Shown in pieces: positions 25,019 through 36,808 of a stretch of 64,000 nt of DNA. The notes under the pieces are model-generated. The model was not told where the DNA came from and did not search any database. It worked only from the letters and a program-made list of their open reading frames with translations. Position 1 is the first letter of the stretch; each line of letters opens with the position of its first letter. Made by a program: the position numbers and the translations under genes. Source of the DNA: Adineta vaga (Eukaryota; Animalia; Rotifera); NCBI GenBank assembly GCA_021613535.1, contig CP075495.1:16210842-16274841 (forward strand), written 5' to 3'.

Positions 25019-27327
25019 CATTGGGTCCAACAGTTACTGTCTTAGTGAAGAATAACGATACAATTGACATAGTTAACAGTTACACGTGTTTGGTGTCTGT
25101 ACTGAATTTAAGAGCTACAGATAATTCTACAGTGACCAATGCTTGCGCACTTCATCAACTGAATATTGAAGCCAATGAAAATGCAAACGTCACTTCAACA
25201 CCATTATCATGTCCAAAAACTATCAAAGTTCATGCTACAGATGCAGCTCATGTCAATGATATATGTGCAATAGATTTTATGAAGATAGAAAGCGAGGATA
25301 AATCTATCGTCACTATTGACTCAACATCAACATGTCCTAAAATGACTGTTGTTATAGCTATGGACACATCTGAAGTTCAAAATATCTGTGCTATCAATCA
25401 AATGAATATAGTGGTATTTCTGGCTAATAATATTACATTTAACTCAGATTTGTCATGTGCAAAAGTTAGTACTTTTGATATGTCATTTGTTGGTTTCGTT
25501 TCCGATCTTTGTCCAAGTGAAGAAATGAATATAGCAGTTGCTTATACACCCACTGTTTCTATTAATTCATCACTTGCATGCTCAAAAACGGTTCAGCTTG
25601 ATGCTCATGACACGGGTGCAATTTCCAATCTCTGTGCCAGTGAAGTAATAAATATAACAGTTATTCGTATAGGTCCTCTTACTATTAATTCAGCAACTGC
25701 ATGTCCGAAAAAGGTTCTTCTTGATGCTAAGGACATGAACGGAGTTTTCAATCTTTCTGCAAGTGAAAAAATGAATATAAAAGTTATCAATACAGGTCCT
25801 CTTACTATTAATTCAGCAACTGCATGTCCGAAAAAGGTTCTTCTTAATGCTAAGGACGTGAACGAAGTTTTCAATCTTTGTGCAAGTGAAAAAATGAATA
25901 TAACAATCAAGCAAATGAGATTTCTTATTATTAATTCAGCAACTGCATGTCCAGAAAAGGTTTTTCTTGATGTTGAAAACGTAGGTGAAATTTCCAATCT
26001 TTGTGCAAGTGAAGAAATGAATTTAAAAGTCACGAGGATAGGGCCTACTTCTATTGATTCAGCAGCTGCATGCCCAAAACAAGTTATTCTCGATGCTCTA
26101 ATGATCGGTACAATTTCCAATCTTTGTGCAAGTGAAGAAATGAACATAACAATTGCTAATATATGTCCTCTTACTATTGATTCATCAACTGCATGTCCGA
26201 AAAAGGTTCTTCTCGATGCTAAGCACATGAACGGAGTTTTCAATCTTTGTGCAAGTGAAAAAATGAACATAACAGTTGCTAATATAGGTCCTCTTACTAT
26301 TGATTCATCAACTGTATGCCCAAAAAGAGTCGTTCTCGGTGCTAAAAAAATAGGTGCAGTTAGCAATTTATGTGCAAGTGAAGAAATGAATATAACAGTT
26401 ATCGAAATAGATTCTATTTCTATTAATTCAGTAACTGCATGCCCAAAAAGAGTCGTTCTCGATGCTCGATACATGGGTGCAGTTAGCAATTTATGTGCAA
26501 GTGAAGAAATGAATATAACAGTTACTTATATGGAACCTCTTATTATTGATTCATCAACTGCATGCCCAAAAAGAGTCGTTCTCGATGCTCGATACATGAG
26601 TGCAGTTAGCAATTTATGTGCAAGTGAAGAAATGAATATAACAGTTACTTATATGAAACCTCTTATTATTGATTCATCAACTGCATGCCCAAAAACGGTT
26701 CTTCTTCATGGTAACATCACAGATGGAATTTACAATCTCTGTGCAAGTGAAAAAATGAATATAACAACCGCTAATATAGATACTGTCTCTATCGATTCAT
26801 CAAGTGTATGTCCAAAAACAGTTGTTCTTAATGCTATTCAAACGACGAATATTTCGGATATTTGTGCGAGTAAAATACTAAATATGATCTTACAAGATAC
26901 TATGGTTGCTTTGAACTCATCGTGGCAATGCCCAGCATTAACTGTTCTTAATATTACACAGAATAGTTCTGTCGTGAATATTTGTGCAGAAGAGTCATTG
27001 AAAATTGAAGGCTCTGATTCAACTGTTAATGTTAGTACATCTAGCTGTCCTACATTTGCCGCTGTCACAGGTACAGATAGATTGACTGTTCATGATCTTT
27101 GTTCATTGAATGAAATCCATATTGATGTTACAAATTCTACAATATATATGGAAAGAACAACATGTCCAACTATTGCAAATGTCATAGCAACTGAATCAGC
27201 ATTAGTATATGTTTGTGCTACGGTGGCAATCAATGCAATTGTATCGGAAGATGCAACAGTATACTATCAAGGGCCATTGAATCATACAGACACAAGTAGT
27301 GGTGGTGTATTATTAACATGGCCATAA
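25019..27327 (+). CDS. Large terminal exon encoding a Cys-containing 41-aa tandem-repeat beta-solenoid with a GIN/DUF2807-like C-cap; probably the C-terminal part of gene B
   Basis: The ORF has no ATG at its start but has a strong acceptor TTCTGTTTCAG|CA in phase 1. About 17 units of CPKxVxLDAxxxxxVxNLCASEEMNITVxxxGPLTIDSxTA. Ends VCATVAINAIVSEDATVYYQGPLNHTDTSSGGVL, resembling the DUF2807 C-terminus. Confidence 0.8.
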
Positions 27328-27415
27328 AGCTTATTCAGAAACTACTCTGTACAGACATCTATAAACAATCCAAAAATCAATATCTTTACATGATGTAATA
27401 TAACAACTAAGCCCT

Positions 27416-27681
27416 GAATATGTCAAAATAATTGTAATACATTTTATCTCTCTGACATTTCAATATCTACGTAGATCCATAGTGTAATTTTAGACCTTTT
27501 TTTTTAAAAAGATGCGTGATCTTATTCGAAAGCAAAATAGACGCAATTTTTTATTATTCAGATCGCGTTAGTGGTGAAATACGCTTATGACTCACCAATT
27601 CAAGTCGGATTCCACATTTGACAACATTTTCTTACTGAAATATGTTCACCATAAAAGCATTACAATTATTTTGACATATTC
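27416..27681. mobile_element. Small MITE-like element
   Basis: Perfect 23-bp inverted repeat GAATATGTCAAAATAATTGTAAT at 27416-27438 and 27659-27681. No clear TSD. Confidence 0.6.
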
Positions 27682-27922
27682 GATACTCTTTTCTAGCTGC
27701 TATTATCTATTTGATTCGTTTTTTATAGCTTATTTGTAATTTAATACATATACAATATGTTATGTTGTTTCTTCTCATATATTAACTCGGAAAACTATAT
27801 TGAGATAGTTGAGGGTTTCACTTTTACTTATACCTTATGCCTTTCATTTATTAAGCTTCAGTTTGCTAATTGTTAAAAATAGAATTTTTATCAATTGAAG
27901 ATCATATTCTAAAAATTCAATT

Positions 27923-29641
27923 ATGAGTTACATAATGATTGTTACAATTGTGCTTATTTTTCTACCACTGCAATGTTTGTTGGAGAGAACAACAATATCA
28001 AATGATCGTCTCAATATTGCTTATCAAGCAATGAATGTTAATCATGTTCAAAGATCATCAATAACGATTCATGATTTAATTCAAAATTTCTTAATATTAT
28101 TTATTATTATTCAAAGTTCCGAAGATATTGAACGAATAATTTATACCATTCTTCGACTTTGTCTACCATCAAAATCACATCCAACACTATCATCATTATC
28201 AACTGATAATGAATATCCTATGGTTGCTATACAATTACCTATGATGAATGAAAAGGAATTTTGTATTTCAATGATTACATGTGCTTGCAATTTAGATTGG
28301 TCAAAAGATCGTTTAATTATTCAAGTATTAGATGATTCTACTGATGAAATAGTTATGAAAATGATTGATCAATGTGTACATGAATGGTTTGATCGAGGAT
28401 ATCGAATTAGTGTTATTCGACGTCAAAATAGACAAGGTTTTAAAGCGGGAAACTTGAAAAATGGATTAGAAAAGATTCAAGAATGTGAATTTATTGCATT
28501 ATTTGATGTTGATTTTTTGCCGAAGAAAAATTTTTTATTAAAAACAATACCTATTCTTATAAAAGATCCAAAAGCAGCCTATGCACAAGCAAGATGGACA
28601 TTTATAAATGGAAAAGAATCATTATTAACACAAATGCAAGAAATTGTTCTCAATCATCATCATAAATGCGAACAAGAGGTCAAATATCGTATGTCTTCTT
28701 TCTTTCAGTTTAATGGATCTGCCTGTGTTTGGCGAACAAAAGCTATTTATCAATGTGGAGGCTGGCATACAGATACTTTAGTAGAAGATTTAGATATTTC
28801 AGTTCGAGCTTATATGAATGGTTGGCATTCTGCTTATGTAGTCGATGTTGAATGTCTTAATGAACTTCCACCTACATTTAGCGCCTATCTTTTACAACAA
28901 TATCGATGGTTCAGTGGACCTGCACAAGTATTTCGAAAATTATTTCAAGCAGTTTGTACAACTTCTCACATGAATATTTATCAAAAATTACATTGTTTAT
29001 GGATGCTTTTTCGACCATGTCTTTATATTATTCGTTTTATTATATTTCTATTGAATATTGCCATCAATGCTTGTTTACAAAAAACATCTTATGTGAATAT
29101 GTTTATTACATTTTTTCCAATACTTCTAAGTTCAAATATTTTGTATTATACATCGGAAAAAATTCATCTAACGATCGTCTATTCTCTTTTTTGTAATGCC
29201 ATGTTATTTCATCATGCGATTTCTGCAATAGCAGGCTTTCTTAATTTGAATTCTGCTAAAAAATGGATTGTTACTCCAAAATTTGGCACTCAGACACATT
29301 TAAATATTGAAGAAAAACAAATTGATCCTTACCGTAATGACAATACAAATGTTCAATATTGTAACCAATGTATTCATTCGATTGTATCCACAGAAAATAC
29401 GTTATTGCTATGGAATATAATTAAAAATATTATCATATCACAAACTTCAATTTTTCTTACGATTCGGCACAAATTTAACTATTTGCAAATTCATAAAGGA
29501 TATTTAGTTATGACTTTGTATATTTTTGTATTTTCATATGTCGCATTTCTGAATGAACAATATCTTATTAGTCTACATTTGATGTTAAATGCATTTACTT
29601 ATACTGTATTTACATTCGGATATTTAGGTAGATTTGAATAA
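27923..29641 (+). CDS. Processive GT2 glycosyltransferase, cellulose-synthase-like CslA/CslC type (glucomannan/beta-glucan synthase-like); intronless
   Basis: Motifs PMVAIQLPMMNE, LDWSKDRLIIQVLDDSTD, RQGFKAGNL, FDVDF (DxD), QARW, FNGSACVWR, VEDLD, QQYRWFSGP (QxxRW) and WIVTPK, with multiple C-terminal hydrophobic helices. Confidence 0.9.
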   Translation: MSYIMIVTIVLIFLPLQCLLERTTISNDRLNIAYQAMNVNHVQRSSITIHDLIQNFLILFIIIQSSEDIERIIYTILRLCLPSKSHPTLSSLSTDNEYPMVAIQLPMMNEKEFCISMITCACNLDWSKDRLIIQVLDDSTDEIVMKMIDQCVHEWFDRGYRISVIRRQNRQGFKAGNLKNGLEKIQECEFIALFDVDFLPKKNFLLKTIPILIKDPKAAYAQARWTFINGKESLLTQMQEIVLNHHHKCEQEVKYRMSSFFQFNGSACVWRTKAIYQCGGWHTDTLVEDLDISVRAYMNGWHSAYVVDVECLNELPPTFSAYLLQQYRWFSGPAQVFRKLFQAVCTTSHMNIYQKLHCLWMLFRPCLYIIRFIIFLLNIAINACLQKTSYVNMFITFFPILLSSNILYYTSEKIHLTIVYSLFCNAMLFHHAISAIAGFLNLNSAKKWIVTPKFGTQTHLNIEEKQIDPYRNDNTNVQYCNQCIHSIVSTENTLLLWNIIKNIIISQTSIFLTIRHKFNYLQIHKGYLVMTLYIFVFSYVAFLNEQYLISLHLMLNAFTYTVFTFGYLGRFE

Positions 29642-30080
29642 AACTAATTGTTAAACTTCACATTTCTGAAGAAATTCTATGTTGAGAAGTGACTCATAAA
29701 GTGTGAATTGATTAATATTATTGCACTAAGCTAGGTTGGCGTTTTTCTTGTGATGAAAAGTGTAGGTGTGACTGTATTTGTATTCTTTTTTCGGACCCCA
29801 TCCTCATCCACCCTAATGTTTTATCAAATCTTTATAAGTTTTGTATTTTAAGAAAGATTTCGTCTTGCATTATTGACAATCTATCGAGAGTTAATGGGGA
29901 ATTTGATTTTGCGGCAAATTCAAATAGACGCTGGTATTTTCTCAGCAAAATCGATAAAAACATATTTTACGATGAGCACTAAACTCGAACTAAATACAGA
30001 CTTATCTGTCACATCAGGCATTTTCAGCGGTGGTGCGTACTGAAGTGAAGACATTTTAGAGGTAGAGCAGTCTTAACAAT

Positions 30081-30201
30081 CTTAGCGGTTTATCGGTTTA
30101 GTGGTCTAAGCGGTCTTAGCGGTCTAAGTGGTTTAGTGGTCTTAGCGGTCTTAGCGGTCTAAGTGGTTTAGCGGTCTTAGGTGGTCCTAGTTGTCTAAGC
30201 G
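30081..30201. repeat. Minisatellite of 8-9-bp units (CTTAGCGGT / CTAAGTGGT / TTAGTGGT)
   Basis: Tandem array seen directly, about 0.7 kb downstream of the KDZ gene. Confidence 0.85.
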
Positions 30202-30876
30202 AGAAATCTGATGTTAGAAATTTGCTGGTTCTACGGATATAGTGTTTCTACTAGTGTTTATGTAATGCTGAAAAAGGCATATGATGATTTGTGGAAGAAA
30301 CAAGTAGTATATTTGAATGTAGCGAGCATTGCCAGAGATAAATGAACACGTACGGTTACTGTATGAAAGTCGCAGATTTGCTACGTTGCTGTTGTCGTAT
30401 GTATACTAAAAATCAAGTTGTATTCCTTTCTGATGAAACAATTGTTATTTGGATAGCTGTTTGTGTAGTGTATCGTAGCATATTAGAAAGGAAATAACTA
30501 CATAGCTGGAATGATTTATATTTGAATTTGACGGAACTATATAATTACAGTGATTTGATATGTACAAGTGATGATGAATTTATTTGAGTAACATACAACG
30601 ATATCACGACTGAATGGATTTTATGTCCAACTTGAAAGATAATAATCGATGTTATATTAATTACTTTAGTTGTCCAACAGACAAAAAGACTGATTTTGTT
30701 TGATATGTAATGTGTTCATTGACAACGCTGTATTTGAATGGCATAAAAATATTATCGTTTTCTCAATATATTTTCTGATAGTTTATTCTCTTTTAAAGAT
30801 TCAAGAAAACCAGAAAATAAAATTAATCAAAGAAAAATAGATTGGAGCAAAAGTTACGAAATGACGCATGATTTGA

Positions 30877-33267
30877 TTAGTCGTTATCGTCATCTTGACC
30901 ACTAAGATCAACATAACCGTCATCGTTTTGATATTCATCCTTATTTGATTCTTCAATTAATAATGTTTCAAATACGCAATAGGTTTGATGCATCGATTGA
31001 TCTTCAATTTTGTATTCAAGATTAGTACCAATGATAAGACCAACTTGAGCAGGATCTTCACTTAGTTTATCACAATTTTTCAGATGAAACAGTAAAATCG
31101 TGAAGAGTGCTGATGTTGGATAAGCAAAACTTCGTAGAGCAAGTTTGAAATTGGTTAAATATGAAAAAGTTTGTTCAGCTAAACTGGTATTAATTCCTAT
31201 AAAATCCATCTTGTTCTGTTCAGAATCAGGATTGAAGATAGTTTTACATAGCTTCCCTTTATGAACGGTGTTATGAAACCGATCAGTAACCAATTTCATT
31301 TCCATCAATTGTTGTGTGTATCTTGTTTTTTGCATGTATTCACCGTTGAATCGAAATTGCCAAAATTTAAACAATTGACACGCTGCATCATATACAAGCA
31401 AAGATGGAATTTTTGCACCTAATTTCAACATAGTTAATAAATGATCAGTTATTTTCCTTGGACCTTCATGATTAACACTGTCGGAAAATCCAATGATAAT
31501 TCCACAATTAAGAAATGACGCAATAAAACCCATTGAACGTTTTTTCGTTTCAAAACGTTCTTCAATGTCGCTTCGACCAACATTGCATTGTGATTCTTCT
31601 TCTTCAAATTTCTTGAAGAAAATCAAATAATTCCGAAGTTCTTCATCAGATAATTTGCTACTTATAGATTGTTCTTCTGCAAATTGCATCCGATGATGAT
31701 CACAATAATAATTTCCACCGTCTGCAATTGAATATGAAATTATAGGTTTTTAATATTGAAATGCTTTTCTATCGCAATGCGTATTCTATCAGTTAACTCC
31801 TTACATTATAAATTTAATTCAAATTATTCTCTTTTGTTGAAATAATCAAGGTCGTTCAATTTTTAATAAATACATGCTTACCATTTGATTCTCTTTTATC
31901 TGACTGTCGTCTTCTTGGCATGTAAGGACAACCTTTATTTAACGGACCGAGTTCATGAACATTGATCAAGCTTGTAACATTATCGTATTTACACACCAAT
32001 CTTCTTCTGAAAGAAATAAAATAAAATAAAATAATAACTGTTCTTTATAATCTATTAAATGTGAATCTGTTTTATATTAAAAAAGTATTTGTTTTCAGAA
32101 TAAAAACATCCTCTTTAGAAAATAAAATAAGTATAATCTAAATAATTCAAATAGGAGTGAGATATGAACCTCTGAAACATGCTATGAATCAGAAAACTAA
32201 ACATAAAGTGAAAACTTTTTGTATATAATTAAAACTTACGGCTTTTGATGACCATCTAGTATAATCACGCGTGAACAATAACCACATTTGCAACTTCCGA
32301 ATATATCTTCATGATTAGACCAGAAAACAGTAAATACATGATAGATCCAGTTCAGATTTCGTTCGATAAATATTGCGCGTGATGATTGACCACCTTTCAC
32401 TTTTGTTCTGCTTTCAGCTATTGCATATGGATATGATATTTCTTTCGATTTACTTGTCATAAAAATGAAATTAGTTAATTCATAATATAAACAAACTGAT
32501 TGTAAATTACGAGCTAAAGTATCCATTGTAATAATATCGACAATATCTTGATGAAGTCTTCTGAAAATTTTCACAGTAGCAGACGAGAAACCTTCGAAAG
32601 TAACATAATTGTCTATTAATTGAGATGAGAATGAAATAAGAAATTCTTTTGCAAAGACAGGTGATCCAGAATAATGTATATAATTAGCCTTTTGTGATTC
32701 CAATGTCACAAGTGTTTCCTTCCGATTTATTAAATAAATTGAAGATACTCGATATGATCGATGACATCGATGACAATCAGCTTTATATAAAAGACAAGGT
32801 TGAATTTTTGTGCAATAAATAATATTACCAGCACCATGAAATATAATCTTTAACTGTTCATAACACATAACACAACTTGTTCGATATGGAAGAAGTGAAA
32901 CAGGAGTAAAAAATTTTGAAAATCCAGATTGAGGTTGAAGAGTTTTGTATTCATTGAGATAATGATGCATTTTTTCGATATTGCAATCAAAAGTAAGTTC
33001 TACTTGTGTGTCATGATTACCCGTCAAAATATTGTGAGCAATAAGAAGTTCATTACAAGTATAATCAATGCCTGTTTCCTTCTTCAAAACAAAACATATA
33101 AAATCCAATCTTTCTTCACTTGCACTTGGTGGAGGTAGTGGACGAATATAACTTGTTGGTATCAGATATCCCACATTGATAATGATTAGCGCTGCCTTAA
33201 AAGAACGTTTCGCTTCATCTGGAAATGCCAATTGAAGACGTTCAGATATAATATTCATCAATAATAT
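30877..33267 (-). CDS. KDZ (Kyakuja-Dileera-Zisupton) transposase with CxC5/CxC6-like cysteine clusters. Exons 33267-32240, 32006-31882, 31721-30877
   Basis: Cys clusters CVMC..CHRC and CKCGYC..IILDGHQKPRRLVC..GCP..YCDHH. Core motifs NCGII, HEGP, LVYDAAC, VTDRFH..H..C and INTSLAEQTFSYL. The exons splice in frame. Confidence 0.8.
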
Positions 33268-35497
33268 CTGAAAAAAATAGAACCTTATAGAGATGTTCTC
33301 TATTGACAGGTTAATATAGAAAAAAAACCGATATAAGAAAAATTCTTTTTCTAGAACATAAAAGCTTTCATTCGTGTTGATTGCACGCATGACATGAGAA
33401 ACTAATTATTGTTTTTTTTTAATATTCAAGTTTATTGTCCCTTTATAACTAGGTTGACAACGAAAAATAAATACAGTAAATAAAAAGAACAATGCAATAC
33501 AACATTTTAAACCTTTAATTTGCTTGGATAGACATAGTACTGGAGAACAGAAAAAGATTTATGAGGAATACAGTTTGATCGATAGCGACATCTTTACATA
33601 CATAATAAAAAAGAGGATCGAGACATACAGTTCGACAATTCTGTTGTACATAGAATAGAAGAAGTATAGTAAGGAGAGAGAGAAGAGAAGAGAGACATTC
33701 TTTTTTTTTTCGGTATAATATAATATAACATTATTCACATTTACATTTAGATTTCGTCTCGCTTATTCACGTATTTCTGCTAATCGTTACAAGCTGTATT
33801 ACATAAGGTATTTATATATAAAATGACAGAGTGAAAAGGTGGAGTTTCTAAAATACCCATACTGCTGATAATGATATATTAGGAAATTGCATACATCTAT
33901 TTTTGTATGTTTCGCCCTCTTAGACAGCCGTACAAGAAATGCATTGTTTTTTCGCAATTCCATGCTTCGATACCATGCTTTTTTTAGGTGCTTTTACATA
34001 AAGATATTCATTGAATGTTAGTTGGTACTGATGCGCCTCTGGCGATTTGTCCAGGTGCTTATTGAATCTGTACCAGTATTCATACAGATGATCATTGAGT
34101 GTAAATTCCCTTGATATTGTATATACTGTTAGATCATCCCATTGTTTAAGATTGTAGACTAAACGAAGTCCTGAGCAATATACATGATCAATTCTTCTTT
34201 GCTGAATTTCAGTGTAGAAAAACCAGCATGAAAAAAGCCAGTTTATATGCGGTAGAGCATATGCATAGAATAATTTTCTTCTTAGTATATATAGCGAGAT
34301 CGGTATTTCTCGAAATAATAAGCGAAGAGCATTGTAGATTTTTCTGACTTTTCGAAGACGGTTTTCAATATATATAACCCATCCAAGTTTTGTTGTTATT
34401 TCGACACCCAAATATTTGAATCGTTTCACAAAATCAACATTATTTCCTTTATATTTTATTTTAGGATATGGAGGAGCAACTATATCATGGACCAGCATTA
34501 CTTTTGTTTTGTTCACGTTCACCGGAAGTAAGTAATCATCAGCATATTTTTCTAAGATTTTCATTGCAACTTCTGCTCTTTTTTCCAGTTCCATTACGTT
34601 TATCGAAAATTTCACTTCAAGTGCACCTTTAATCACAATTGCCAGATCGTCTGAAAACAAGTGACATACTAGATTCCTGAAAAACGAAGGTAAGAAATGA
34701 ACATGTAGTCGAAACAACGTAGCTGCAAGGACTGAACCCTGCGGAGCTCCAACAAAGATATTGGTAGTTCTTGAAACTGCTTCACCAACACATACGGACA
34801 TTGTTCGATCTTTCAACCATGAGAAAATCCACCTGAGAAGGGGTGGTGGGAAATCTAATTTAACGAGCGTTGAGATTAGAGCTGGATGCCACATTTTGTC
34901 AAAAGCTGACATAAAATCAACAAATACAACCAGAGCCGGTCTGTTGTTCGCTGCTGTTGTTAGTCTTAGATCCTCAACTAATGATAATATACGCGTCTGT
35001 AATCTTCGTTCTGCCGTAAAACTAGATTGTTCATCAATGTAAATGTTCTTACCAATACACCACTTTAAAATGCGTGCATGTATTATTCGTTCGAATATCT
35101 TTCCAATATTAGATAGAAGCGATATTGGCCGCAGTTTATTTACTTCTGGATATTGACCTTCCTTTGACAGACATATGACTTTTGCATGTTTACTTGCTTG
35201 AAGAACGGCTCCTTTTTTAGCAATCTTGTTGAACGCGATAGTGAATATTTGCATATATTCGATTGGAAGTTTGCTTAGTAGAAAAGCTGATAGTCCCTCT
35301 GTATCCGTTGACTTTTTCTTTCGCGCTTTGCCTATGGTATTCATAACTTCTTGTAACGTTATATTTTCGATAGGTATATCGCCTAGGTGATCGACTTTTT
35401 CATATAGTTTTACGGCGTTAACATGTGTCAAGTTGTTCTTGTTAAAAGTTGGTTTTTTGAAATGCTGTTCATAGTGATTAGCCAGCGCATCTGCTAT

Positions 35498-36808
35498 TAA
35501 CAAATGTAGGAGTAGATAACTGCAACAAAATACATTTTGAAATTCTTTGAATTTCGATTTTATTTCGAGCTTTCGGTGAAAACTTTCACCATCATCAGGA
35601 AACAATAAACATATTAGAGAAAAACATACTGTATAAATACAAAAATGAAATGAAATTTGCTAATTGGTGTAATTATATTATATTCGAATATAATGTTCGA
35701 AGAACAATGTCTTTTGGCCAACAAAACGTCCATATGGACGACTTTAATGTAATAATATATTGTTATATAATTTTAATAATAAATATTTTAAATAATATAC
35801 ATAGTATAATATAATAATCATATAATATTTAACCAAATATTTTAAGTTTATGTTTAACATCATTTAATGATTGACCGAAGCTATAATGTGTATATAAACT
35901 TTCTTTTACTATTCTTCTTCGCCAATTTGATTCATATGCTAAAATCTTTACATTATCAAAATCAAAAGAATGTTTATCTTGAAAAACATGTTTTGCTACA
36001 TGTGAATTTAAATCTTGTTTTTTGATATCTTTTTTATGTTCTTTAATTCTTACTTTTAATTCTCTGTTAGTTTCACCATAATAACTTTTATTACAATCTT
36101 TACATGGTATTTGATAAATTAGTTTTTTCTCTGTTTTATTTGTTTCTGTACCTTTTTGTTTAGTTAAAAATGTTTGTTTTAATGTATTAGTCTTTTTAAA
36201 AGCAATATTAATGTCTATATTATGAATATATCTTTTACATAGTTTTTTGATTTTTTCTGCTAAAATTATGGATTCTTGACCATAGTAAGATAACGTTAAA
36301 TATATTTTCTTTTTTGATACCAATGAATTCGTAGTATTTATAATATTGTTGTTATTTCGTTTTTCAATTATTTGTTTAGAAATTATTTGTCCTTCTTTTA
36401 ATCCTCTTTTAATTATATGAATCGGATATCCATTATCCTGTAACGTATGTTTTAACCGTTCTAATTCATCATTAATATATTGTTGTTTTGAACAAATTAA
36501 CATTATTCTAATTACAAGTGATCTGATGAGACTTATTTTATATTTTCTACATTGATTACTTTCATATAATAAATATAAATTAGTGTTTGTCGGTTTTTTA
36601 TATATATTCGTTTCATATCTTTTATTAACATGATCATTAATTACTAAGACATCTAAAAATGCTATTTGATTATGTTTTTCTTTTTCTACTGTGAATTTTA
36701 TATTATTATGCCATTTATTAATTTTATTCATCATATAATTGATATTTTGATCATTTTTAAATATACAAAAGATATCATCTACATATCTAAACCACACTTG
36801 TGGTTTGT
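35498..36808 (-). mobile_element. 5'-truncated Penelope-like element (RT C-half, GIY-YIG endonuclease, 3' region with ribozyme)
   Basis: ORF 35829-36797 contains WFRYVDD, FLDV, YKKPT, NGYP, LIYQIPCKDC..YYGET.R.L..RIKEH and ES. It sits inside LINE ORF2 in the same orientation. Confidence 0.92.
35560..35605 (-). ncRNA. Minimal type I hammerhead ribozyme (PLE type)
   Basis: Minus strand reads TTGTTTC-CTGATGA-T-GGTGAAA(GT)TTTCACC-GAAA-GC-TC-GAAATAA. The core is intact, stem I has 7 bp (one G-U), stem II is long, and stem III is the palindromic AGCT. Confidence 0.88.

Noticed and set aside
25605-26489. 294-aa antisense ORF
   Set aside because: It is a shadow of the 123-nt coding repeat on the plus strand and has no independent features.
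25600-26800. Regular direct repeats as a CRISPR array
   Set aside because: These are in-frame coding repeats with no unique spacers, no cas genes and a eukaryotic context.
30081-30201. Minisatellite as a telomeric repeat
   Set aside because: The 8-9-bp units lack a GGG run and the array is internal.
33920-35605. 561-aa ORF as a standalone RT gene
   Set aside because: It starts at a TTG inside the PLE ribozyme. The first ~36 aa are PLE 3' sequence fused by chance to LINE ORF2.
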